The notes under the pieces were generated by a model. It had not been told where the DNA came from, did not search any database, and saw only the letters and a program-made list of their open reading frames with translations. A stretch of DNA of 64,000 nt from an uncultured virus (IMG/VR IMGVR_UViG_3300025723_000025). Taxonomy: Duplodnaviria; Heunggongvirae; Uroviricota; Caudoviricetes. Every line of letters starts with the position of its first letter. Position 1 is the first letter of the stretch. Below, in pieces: positions 56,028 to 64,000 of this stretch. Made by a program: the position numbers and the translations under genes. The DNA is taken from the IMG/VR virus record IMGVR_UViG_3300025723_000025; one strand, given 5' to 3'.

Positions 56028-56236
56028 AATCAAATAAAAAAAACATTAGCCAAGAATCATTGGAAAATCTAGTAATTGCTCTTATGCAATGCCGGGACGA
56101 GGATGGATTGCTTTTGAATATCAATCCTGCCTTGGCATTCCAAGAGTGGCTAGTAAATATGTACCCTGAAACACTGAGAAACCATTGGTATGGCATCCAT
56201 ACCTACGAAACACCTGAGAGGAAACCGAATGACTGA
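56024..56236 (+). CDS. Homologue of 1474..1692
   Basis: Direct comparison. Confidence 0.8.
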   Translation: MKSNKKNISQESLENLVIALMQCRDEDGLLLNINPALAFQEWLVNMYPETLRNHWYGIHTYETPERKPND

Positions 56237-56543
56237 AAAGAAGGAAATGAGCCAATTGCAACGTCAACTACTTGGGGGCGGTGGAGCTATCACATTGTTC
56301 ACCCAGCAAGAGTTCGATGAGGCAATGGACGTTGAGCAGGGCAAGATCATGATGATCGCTATGCAAGCCGCTAAGAAGGCTGTGGAGCTGGAGCGTGAAG
56401 AGTGTGCAAAGGTAGCAGAAGCCATGGCGAATGATGAAGATGAAGGTGAAATTTGTACCGCTATCCGTGATGTTGCCAAAGCCATCCGTACTCGTTTAGA
56501 CAATAAAAAGGAGGCTCAAAATGGGGTTCTCAAGACGGATTGA
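56229..56543 (+). CDS. Homologue of 1900..2226
   Basis: Direct comparison. Confidence 0.8.
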   Translation: MTEKKEMSQLQRQLLGGGGAITLFTQQEFDEAMDVEQGKIMMIAMQAAKKAVELEREECAKVAEAMANDEDEGEICTAIRDVAKAIRTRLDNKKEAQNGVLKTD

Positions 56544-56778
56544 TCCAGTAGCACGAATCAGAGAGCAGATTGATGTACAAGAAAAGGTAGAACGCCTTGG
56601 GATGAGTATTCCCTTGGAGTTCAAGAACGAGGACATGGAGAACTTGGCAATCTTTGCCCGGTGCTATGTATTCAGCGGACAACGTCTCAATGAATTCGTG
56701 GATGAGATCGTTAAAACAGCATACGAAGAGACTTTTAATTTACTAAAACGCAGAATGGCGGTGGAAGATGAAGCCTGA
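56521..56778 (+). CDS. Homologue of 2201..2479
   Basis: Direct comparison. Confidence 0.8.
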   Translation: MGFSRRIDPVARIREQIDVQEKVERLGMSIPLEFKNEDMENLAIFARCYVFSGQRLNEFVDEIVKTAYEETFNLLKRRMAVEDEA

Positions 56779-57103
56779 AGAGATGGCAAAGGTCAAAGAG
56801 ATCCTAGAGAAGCTTGACCCTGTCATCCATAAGCACCTGACTAAGCTTATCGCCAATGAAGGCATCAGTGTGGCCTTAAGTGTCATTACGAACGTCTCTA
56901 CGACCCTTTTAGCCACTGCTGTGCTCATTGTGGAGAAGCACGAAGGTAATCTTGACGACTTTATGGCTGTAACACTGGCAGAAACCAAGGCAAAGTACAA
57001 CTTCGCCCATGCCACAGATAAGACCAGCAAACTTCTAAATAAGGTTATGGGGGTCAAATCAGAGACTTTTACATGCAATCCCATAAATCCAACAAAGCAC
57101 TAG
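56768..57103 (+). CDS. Homologue of 2463..2798
   Basis: Direct comparison. Confidence 0.8.
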   Translation: MKPEEMAKVKEILEKLDPVIHKHLTKLIANEGISVALSVITNVSTTLLATAVLIVEKHEGNLDDFMAVTLAETKAKYNFAHATDKTSKLLNKVMGVKSETFTCNPINPTKH

Positions 57104-57127
57104 GGAAAACACCTAGATAAATAATTG

Positions 57128-57186
57128 TTGACACAAGAATCTAACTTTGAGTTATACTGTCACCACTGCAACGATGCAGGTTTATT
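57128..57186 (+). promoter_or_regulatory. Promoter with operator and leader hairpin
   Basis: TTGACA 57128-57133, TATACT 57153-57158, TCTAAC-N5-GTTATA 57140-57156. Confidence 0.75.
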
Positions 57187-57198
57187 TAGGAGAACCAA

Positions 57199-57867
57199 AT
57201 GACTTTTAGAGATTATTCACACGTCGAGCACCCTGAAGCTTACGCTCAGGCTGTACGGGCCAACATCATTGGCAACGCCCAAAAGACTTGGCGTAAAAAC
57301 ACTCCCGATCATGCAGTGATCGAAGCCTTCATTAGCACTGGTCGTGACGTTGAAATCCATGGAGTTGTGTATTCAGACAACTTCGTAGGTAGCTTGGCTA
57401 AAGCTTTTGACACCTACGGCAAACTGACTGAAAAGCAATCTGCCGCTGTACTCAACATGATTGCTAAGGCTGACGAGCGTCGTGCCGCAATGACTAAAGC
57501 CATTGAAGAGCAAAAGGCCCGTAGTGCTCACTTAGGTGTAGAGAACGAGCGTGTACAGCTCAAGTTGCATGTGGACAAAGTAGTTGAAGTAGAAGTACAG
57601 AAGTTCTCCTACTATGACAGCTCTACCATGTACATCTACCTGATGCGTGATGAGGCTGGCAACCGTATCGTTTACAAGACCAAGGCAGTTCTTGGCCTGA
57701 GCGTTAAGGGCGATGACTTCAATCAGTTCTTCCCAGTATTGGAAAAGGCTGATATCGAGCTCAAAGCTACCATCAAGGCCCACGCAGAGTACAAGGGTGA
57801 GAAGCAAACCATTATTCAGCGTGCCAAAGTAACCCTAATCGAAACAAAAGAAACAGAAGAGGCGTGA
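57199..57867 (+). CDS. Hypothetical protein with OB-fold-like C-terminus, only in second copy
   Basis: YGKLTEKQ; KATIKAHAEYKGEKQTIIQR. Confidence 0.75.
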   Translation: MTFRDYSHVEHPEAYAQAVRANIIGNAQKTWRKNTPDHAVIEAFISTGRDVEIHGVVYSDNFVGSLAKAFDTYGKLTEKQSAAVLNMIAKADERRAAMTKAIEEQKARSAHLGVENERVQLKLHVDKVVEVEVQKFSYYDSSTMYIYLMRDEAGNRIVYKTKAVLGLSVKGDDFNQFFPVLEKADIELKATIKAHAEYKGEKQTIIQRAKVTLIETKETEEA

Positions 57868-57909
57868 TGCCTCTAACTCAATGTTAGAATCTATTCACTG
57901 GAGAACAAA

Positions 57910-58176
57910 ATGATGGACGAATTTAAAACAATGGCAGAGATCACAAACAAAGCTTTTGAGCAGGCCACAAGCCTCATGGCTTATTGTGATTACATCGCTG
58001 AATTGATTAGCAAAGAGATGAAGGCAGAAGACGACAAGTACATGCGTCTGCTTGGTAGCGTAAGCCGCCCCCAATACGACCTTGGCCCACAAGGCCAGTT
58101 CCAGTCAACCAAGAAGACCATCAACGTAGAAGACCGTTATGGCAAGAAATACAAAATCACAGTGGAGGAGGCATGA
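57910..58176 (+). CDS. Homologue of 2876..3145
   Basis: Direct comparison. Confidence 0.8.
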   Translation: MMDEFKTMAEITNKAFEQATSLMAYCDYIAELISKEMKAEDDKYMRLLGSVSRPQYDLGPQGQFQSTKKTINVEDRYGKKYKITVEEA

Positions 58177-58394
58177 ATGTCTACAAGGTACAGGAGGAGT
58201 CGATCCTCGATCGGATCATCATTGGTGCATTGTTTATTATCTCTGTGTTTGCCTTGGCTTTTGCTCCTGATGTGTTTATGGTCGAGCAAGTAACCTATGA
58301 CTGCCGGATGGCATCTTACCCAACAGCAGTAGACGTGCCCCAGTCAGTTATTAGAGAATGTAGAAACCAACTTAAGGATCATCATGGCAACTAA
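58173..58394 (+). CDS. Membrane-anchored hypothetical protein
   Basis: TM segment plus YDC..ECR. Confidence 0.7.
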   Translation: MNVYKVQEESILDRIIIGALFIISVFALAFAPDVFMVEQVTYDCRMASYPTAVDVPQSVIRECRNQLKDHHGN

Positions 58395-58644
58395 AGCACC
58401 AGTAAAGAAAGCGGCAATCCTGACGGCAAAGCCTGCTGTTAAGAAACCAGCTAAGGCAGTGGAAAAAAAGTTTGACATGCCGCAGGAAGTATCTGACTGG
58501 ATCGAGAGGGCCTCAAGCATCATGAAGAACCAAAAAGGGCAGATTGACGAGCTTAAGGCAGAAAATAAAGATCTCAAGTCATACCGGGCATGGGCAGAGA
58601 AGCGTATCTTGCAGATGGACATTGCAGATAGAGAGAACAACTAA
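58384..58644 (+). CDS. Homologue of 3252..3515
   Basis: Direct comparison. Confidence 0.8.
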   Translation: MATKAPVKKAAILTAKPAVKKPAKAVEKKFDMPQEVSDWIERASSIMKNQKGQIDELKAENKDLKSYRAWAEKRILQMDIADRENN

Positions 58645-58650
58645 AGACTA

Positions 58651-58722
58651 TGGGGAAGGGCTGACACTATTCGGCACAGGCTATATGAAGCGACATGTAT
58701 ACAAAAAGACTGTCCTTCCCCA
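58651..58722 (+). ncRNA. Second copy of candidate structured element
   Basis: Matches 3842-3913. Confidence 0.5.
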
Positions 58723-58741
58723 CCCAATAAGGCATAAGAGA

Positions 58742-60422
58742 ATGGCTAAGATAATTCCAGCAAAAGAAGTAGCCAAGGCAATAAACGACGATTGGAATGC
58801 ATGGGTAGATGCTCGTAAAGCATTTTTAGGTGAACACCATATTTGGTGTAATTTCTTTTTGGATGAACCTGCTGAAACCTGTTCAATGTGCTCAGATCTT
58901 AAAAAGAATTACCCTATCAATAATCAGTCGGAAGATGAGCTTCTTGCCAAGCATTTTCCGCAAGTCAGAAAGGTTCAGAATGAACGCAAATGAACTAGCT
59001 GATGAGTTGGATAGCATTTCTTATGATTGCTCTCTTGAAGAATGGAGGGCATCGCCTATAGGTAATGCCGCCGCCATGCTTCGCCAGCTACAAACTGAGA
59101 ATGAGTCTTTAAAAAAGTCATGCCTTGATGAGATATTCAAACGAACCTATGCTGACAGAGCCGCAGAAGTTATGTGCGAATATTGGATGGAATCACAATC
59201 TGAAATCAAAGCGTTGCTTAAGTTTATTGATGAGCGTGCCGAAACAGGTCAATTAATTATTTGGCAGTCAAAACAAAAATGAACAATATCCCACACATAG
59301 TAGACACAGGTGCCAGCGTCCAGCTCCCGGAACCAGCAGGATGGATGGGATATCAGGATGGCGAATTTATATGCTTTCTGATCAATCGTAAGAAAGTAAA
59401 GCGATTCATTGAGGCCACAGACAACAAAGGCGTAGTAGTGCCTGTTTACTTTCACCCAACAAGGGAAAACAAATGATTAATGAACCAGTAGCGTGGGCAG
59501 TATGGGAAGGAAACCCGCATGATGTATTTCTTTATAAAGAAGAAGCAGATGAACTGTGCCGTCTTAAAGGTGGTGATGCTAAATCTGTACCACTCTACAC
59601 CCATCCAGCAAAAGAACTACACCTATCACTTCAAAAAAGTAAAGAAACAGGTGAACTACTAGCTGTTACTTATACAGATGATGAGCATAGGATTGTGGAA
59701 GTGTTATGGCAAAAACCACCAGCAAAGACACTAACAGATGCTGTAGTAAACGAATTGTGGGCAGAATCACAGGAAGATGGTATTGCTATGCAACAAGGTT
59801 TTACTACACAACAACATTATTTTGCTTATCTAATACTAAGAAAGGCACAGGAGATATGAACAGACATGAACTAGCAGATCGTTTGGAAGAGCTTTACATT
59901 GGCACGCACATCACTGAAGCCGCTAACCTTATACGTTATCAAGATGCCAAAATCAAAATGCTTGAAGCAGTCAATGCACGTTTAACAGAGCTAACTCAAA
60001 ACCACATTGGAAATCTAACCAAAATCGCCGAGAACCTACATAAATGACTACCTTCACAACCGAAGACCGGAAACAAGCAGAGAAGAGATACACATGCTCA
60101 ACATGTGCCTGTGAGTTCACAGAGGGAGAGGGAGGCACTAGTGGATACTTCGGATCCATCCCAGTATCATTTTGTCCATACTGCCTATCCTCTATACATG
60201 AGATGCTGGATCATCAATATGATTAGACAGAAAGAATTCCGGCTTGCTAAAAGACAATTCGCCGGAGTAACTGAATATCTCACTCAATGGAGATACGTCT
60301 ACGCCGATACTAAGAAGGTATCTAAATGGTGGCAGATATGGTTACAGAACTATGAGATGGTCTATGAATACGGAGAGTGGGTAGACATGCCTGCTGTGGA
60401 TATCACTTCACAAAGCCTGTAA
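58742..60422 (+). CDS. Run of seven small coupled hypothetical ORFs (58742-58993, 58980-59282, 59279-59476, 59473-59859, 59856-60047, 60044-60226, 60219-60422)
   Basis: Overlapping start/stop chain; largely non-homologous replacement of 3932-5278. Confidence 0.65.
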
Positions 60423-60552
60423 TAATCGATTACACTTCCTATCATCAATGCACTGAAAATATGTGTGAAAGGATAGAAGATGTATATGCAATTACAAACG
60501 ATAGTAGTCACTAACATCCTGAATAAACAATTCAAAAATATTGGGGTGAGAT

Positions 60553-60903
60553 ATGACTACAGCTAAGAAAGGTGCTGGCAGACCAGCAGGAAGCCCCAAC
60601 AAGAGCACAGGAGAGGCACGACAGGCCATAGCCCTATTCGTAGACTCGAACGCTCCTAGGCTCACTGAGTGGCTCGAAAGGGTTGCTGATGGTGTGAAGG
60701 ATGAAGAGGGCAAATACGTTGTCCCACCTAACCCAGCCAAAGCATTCGACATGTTCCAAAGCGTGGTGGAATACCATGTGCCTAAACTAGCAAGGACTGA
60801 AATAGCCGGGGATCCCAATGCCCCAGTGAGAGTTGAGGGCCAGTTCGATATATTCGACGAGCTCTTGAAGCATTACTCTATGTCTAGGCAAGAAGGTCAA
60901 TGA
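60553..60903 (+). CDS. Putative terminase small subunit (different family from 5337..5837)
   Basis: GRPAGSPNKST motif; overlaps TerL start. Confidence 0.7.
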   Translation: MTTAKKGAGRPAGSPNKSTGEARQAIALFVDSNAPRLTEWLERVADGVKDEEGKYVVPPNPAKAFDMFQSVVEYHVPKLARTEIAGDPNAPVRVEGQFDIFDELLKHYSMSRQEGQ

Positions 60904-62333
60904 GCTCGATAGTCGAGCTATTAAAGAGCCCCGACATCAGGGATAGGTTTAGAAGCCTAGACCCTAGAGAGCAGATCACCTTCGAGTGGCGTGCTAAATG
61001 GAACAGTAAGGCCCACAAGTTCCAACTGGAACCTGCTGGCGACTGGAACATATGGCTTATGCTCGGTGGGCGAGGCTCAGGTAAGACACGCACCAGTGCT
61101 GAGACACTTGGCTACTGGGCCGCTAGTGAGCCCAATACTCGCTGGCTCGTATCCGCTCCGACTAGCTCGGACTTACGCAATACCTGCTTTGAAGGTGAGT
61201 CCGGCCTATTGGCTGTAATCCCTAAAGAGCTCGTGGTCGACTACAACAAATCCCTGCACCAGCTCAAGCTGTGGAATGGCTCCATCATTACTGGCGTGCC
61301 AGCGTCAGAGCCTGAGCGTCATCGTGGTGGTCAGTACCATGGAGCGTGGCTAGATGAGCTCGCCGCATGGGACTATTTGCAAGAGACGTGGGACATGATC
61401 CAGTTCTCTGTACGTCTGATCGGTAAGCGTGGCACCAAGATACTGTGCTCTACCACGCCCAAACCAAAACCATTGATCATGGATCTGCTCCACCGAGAAG
61501 GTGACGACGTAACAGTGACCAAGGCATCAACCTACGTCAACATCAAGAACCTCGCCCCATCCTTTCAGAAACAGATCCTCCAGTACGAGGGCACGAACCT
61601 AGGCCGCCAAGAGATCCACGCAGAGATCATCGACCCTGAAGAGGGAGGCATCGTCAAGCGTGAATGGTTCCGACTATGGCCTGATGGTAAGAAATTTCCC
61701 AAGTTCGAGTACGTCATCCAGTCATACGACTGTGCGACATCCGATAAGACCTACAACGATCCGACAGGCTCGATCACCATGGCGGTATTCAAACCATTGG
61801 ATGGCGGCATGTCAGTACTAATCCTTGATTGCTGGCAGGAACACCTTCAATACCCTGACCTTCGACCCAAGGTGCTGGAAGAGTTCGAGGTCGTCTATGG
61901 TGAGGGCCGAGACCGTAAGCTGGTTGACATCGTACTAGTTGAGGACAAGTCAGCAGGCATCAGTCTTATACAAGACTTGCAACGTGCCCATCTGCCAGTC
62001 CATGCATATAACCCCGGCAGAGCTGACAAAGTCCAGCGGCTATCGATCGTGGCGAACATCATCAAAGCAGGCCGAGTGTGGGTGCCTGAGTCATCAGTAC
62101 GCAGGGGATTTGTAAGAGACTGGGCCGAGGGCATGGTCAGTCAGATCTGCTCCTTCCCTGAAGGCACAGCTCATGACGAGTTCGTCGACTGCATCAGCCA
62201 AGGGCTCCGCTATCTGCGTGATGCCGGGTGGATCAGTATCGATGCACCACCAAGAGAAGAGATTGAACAAGAGGACATTTCTGATGCAGAGATCTACAAT
62301 AGTCGTGGTAGAGAGAACCCTTATTCAGCATAG
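60900..62333 (+). CDS. terL: Terminase large subunit (second copy)
   Basis: GRGSGKT, WLDE; C-terminal half nearly identical to 5896..7329. Confidence 0.95.
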   Translation: MSSIVELLKSPDIRDRFRSLDPREQITFEWRAKWNSKAHKFQLEPAGDWNIWLMLGGRGSGKTRTSAETLGYWAASEPNTRWLVSAPTSSDLRNTCFEGESGLLAVIPKELVVDYNKSLHQLKLWNGSIITGVPASEPERHRGGQYHGAWLDELAAWDYLQETWDMIQFSVRLIGKRGTKILCSTTPKPKPLIMDLLHREGDDVTVTKASTYVNIKNLAPSFQKQILQYEGTNLGRQEIHAEIIDPEEGGIVKREWFRLWPDGKKFPKFEYVIQSYDCATSDKTYNDPTGSITMAVFKPLDGGMSVLILDCWQEHLQYPDLRPKVLEEFEVVYGEGRDRKLVDIVLVEDKSAGISLIQDLQRAHLPVHAYNPGRADKVQRLSIVANIIKAGRVWVPESSVRRGFVRDWAEGMVSQICSFPEGTAHDEFVDCISQGLRYLRDAGWISIDAPPREEIEQEDISDAEIYNSRGRENPYSA

Positions 62334-62373
62334 CAATACTAATTAAATTAGTAAGGGAAAACCCTAGGAAAGG

Positions 62374-62601
62374 ATGAAGATGAGTGATGACTACATGTAC
62401 TACAAAAAAGACCACGAGACGTACGAGCGAACGCTCTATCTCGATGGGGTTCGATGTACTGTCAGAAACAATAGCTTCGAGATCAGCGTCCAAACCAACA
62501 CCGAAATTTGGGAACAACTCGCCGTCCAACAACTCAGAGAATGGATCAAGTGGAGAAAAGAGCAAGCGGAGTTGCGAGAGTCTCGGAGTGTGCCAAGGTG
62601 A
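62374..62601 (+). CDS. Homologue of 7370..7594
   Basis: Direct comparison. Confidence 0.8.
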   Translation: MKMSDDYMYYKKDHETYERTLYLDGVRCTVRNNSFEISVQTNTEIWEQLAVQQLREWIKWRKEQAELRESRSVPR

Positions 62602-62635
62602 TGGGCGTTGCCCTAATTGCCCTCCCATAGCATAA
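62384..62635 (+). CDS. Homologue of overlapping ORF 7377..7628
   Basis: Conserved Cys4 tail. Confidence 0.55.
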   Translation: MMTTCTTKKTTRRTSERSISMGFDVLSETIASRSASKPTPKFGNNSPSNNSENGSSGEKSKRSCESLGVCQGDGRCPNCPPIA

Positions 62636-62664
62636 TTACACTATTACTCAAATTGGATACTATC

Positions 62665-64000
62665 GTGCCCGACAAGTTACCCCCACACATTCGTGCTCAG
62701 ATCGAAGACTTCAAGCGTAAAGCCACGCACAACGAAGCACTGAGTAAAGAATACCGGGACAAGTACGATCGGACGCACACACCTAACCAACCGACCTATG
62801 AGCAATGGCTCAAGGACAACGGTAAGCAAAGAATGGCTAAAGGCGGCACCGCAGACCTAAAAGAGATGCGTGAATACATCCTCCAGCGTGAAGGCACCCA
62901 TGGGGCAAAACGTCTAGAGCGTGCCGCTGATGAGATACCCAACCTTGAGAAGATGTATCACACTGATGCCCTAAAGAGTGCGTTTAGTGGTGACAACGCT
63001 AGAGCTGTAGCTACCATTAATCCCAAAGACTTTGAGAAGTACGCCATGCCACTTCCCATGAGTTTGGCTAATGACAAAGCTTATTTTAGAGATAACGCTC
63101 GTAATCCTACTATGCGTGAAGCATTTATGGCATCAGGTCTGACCAATGAACAATGGCACGAATTGAGCGATGTGCAAAAAATGGACGTGTTTAATGCATT
63201 CAGTAAGAAGCATTCTAAGATGCGTGTCAATCAGCCTATGGACTATGACCAGTACATCAAGCACTTGGCAAAGCTTAAGGGTGGATTCTCTGACGTGCCA
63301 TTCCTGCAATTAAACAAGCAGGAGCAAGGATTGCCTATCACGCCCCACATCAGTGGGCATGAAGGCCGTCACCGTAGCCGAGCTCTCGCATCCAAAGGCG
63401 TAAATAAATCTTTGGTACAAGTCCACCCACGAGCTGAACTGCGTGAACCATTCCCTCGTCGTAGTCATGAGGAGTACATTGATGCATTGCGTAAAGAAAT
63501 GGCAATGACTGGAAACATGGTTCGCCCTGAAGATGAAGACATCTATGGCTCAGGACAGATCAAGACAGTTAAACGCCCACCGATTCAATTGCCTGACCTC
63601 TATGCAGGAGGCGGCGACGTACAAGGAAAACCTATGAATACCCCAACACTGGCACAGATGCGTCATAGCATCAACACCCATGGCAATCCTGAAATCATGG
63701 ACAACATTGGTATCAATGAAGCCATGGACATGGATCCCAAGATCTTTGTTAGTCCTAACCCACACGATTCAGGAGTTCCTGCAACAGGTGGCGTAGCTGA
63801 TAGCCATGGCCTGCCAATTGGTGGAGTAGATACCAATAACATGCAACCCGGACAACAGTTAAACCCACAAGATCCTAGTCAACAGCAACAACCCGGTCAG
63901 GCACCACAAGCTGGACAGCCTCCAGCTCCCGGCGGTATGCCTACAGGTGCACCCGGTGGAATGCCAAGTGGCCCAACACCTCCTGAAGGCAATATGCTGT
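62665..64000 (+). CDS. Homologue of 7660..10125 (3' truncated by window; not in ORF track)
   Basis: GTG start; DKLPPHIRAQ...MAKGG...GHEGRHR...YAGGG. Confidence 0.85.
   Translation, partial: MPDKLPPHIRAQIEDFKRKATHNEALSKEYRDKYDRTHTPNQPTYEQWLKDNGKQRMAKGGTADLKEMREYILQREGTHGAKRLERAADEIPNLEKMYHTDALKSAFSGDNARAVATINPKDFEKYAMPLPMSLANDKAYFRDNARNPTMREAFMASGLTNEQWHELSDVQKMDVFNAFSKKHSKMRVNQPMDYDQYIKHLAKLKGGFSDVPFLQLNKQEQGLPITPHISGHEGRHRSRALASKGVNKSLVQVHPRAELREPFPRRSHEEYIDALRKEMAMTGNMVRPEDEDIYGSGQIKTVKRPPIQLPDLYAGGGDVQGKPMNTPTLAQMRHSINTHGNPEIMDNIGINEAMDMDPKIFVSPNPHDSGVPATGGVADSHGLPIGGVDTNNMQPGQQLNPQDPSQQQQPGQAPQAGQPPAPGGMPTGAPGGMPSGPTPPEGNML

Larger units (their letters stand above)
54702..64000. mobile_element. 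Diverged homologous copy of the early/packaging region (second related phage)
   Basis: Colinear homologues of ORFs in 1-8830 with many substitutions and gene replacements. Confidence 0.9.

Noticed and set aside
58544..58741. Long N-terminal extension of ORF 58544..58993
   Set aside because: It overlaps the previous gene and the conserved non-coding element; ATG 58742 is the more plausible start
54702..64000. Simple terminal redundancy or direct terminal repeat
   Set aside because: Only 76 nt are identical; the rest is diverged with different gene content
1..64000. CRISPR array, tRNA/rRNA genes, integrase or att sites, transposase
   Set aside because: No regularly spaced repeats, cloverleafs or recombinase motifs recognised by eye; a tRNAscan/HMM run would be needed to exclude them fully

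Overview
The window is tailed-phage (Caudoviricetes) DNA with a podovirus-like gene order; the host is probably a diderm bacterium, since spanins and a lipoprotein are present. Bases 1-54701 look like one complete ~54.7 kb genome unit: small early ORFs, TerS/TerL, portal, GroES-like protein, scaffold, major capsid, tail fibres, lysis cassette, adaptor/nozzle, ejection proteins, a leftward exonuclease/SSB-like block, Cro-like HTH, ParB-like protein, helicase, primase, 2OG-Fe(II) oxygenase and RuvC. Bases 1-76 recur exactly at 54702-54777. After that, 54778-64000 is a clearly diverged, mosaic homologue of 77-8830, most likely a second related phage joined in assembly, and it serves as a built-in comparator. 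The most striking element is a translationally coupled cassette inside the virion module: acyl carrier protein, FabB/F-type ketosynthase, a possible GNAT-like protein, and two unusually Cys-rich putative ejection proteins, the first starting MGGVAS. This suggests phage-encoded lipidation of virion proteins (inference). Other notable signals are dispersed parS-like palindromes, a 17-bp operator regulon, a recurring xGG protein motif, a dual-frame gene, several candidate structured RNAs and a Tad2-like anti-defence gene. All functional calls come from motif recognition by eye; no searches were run.
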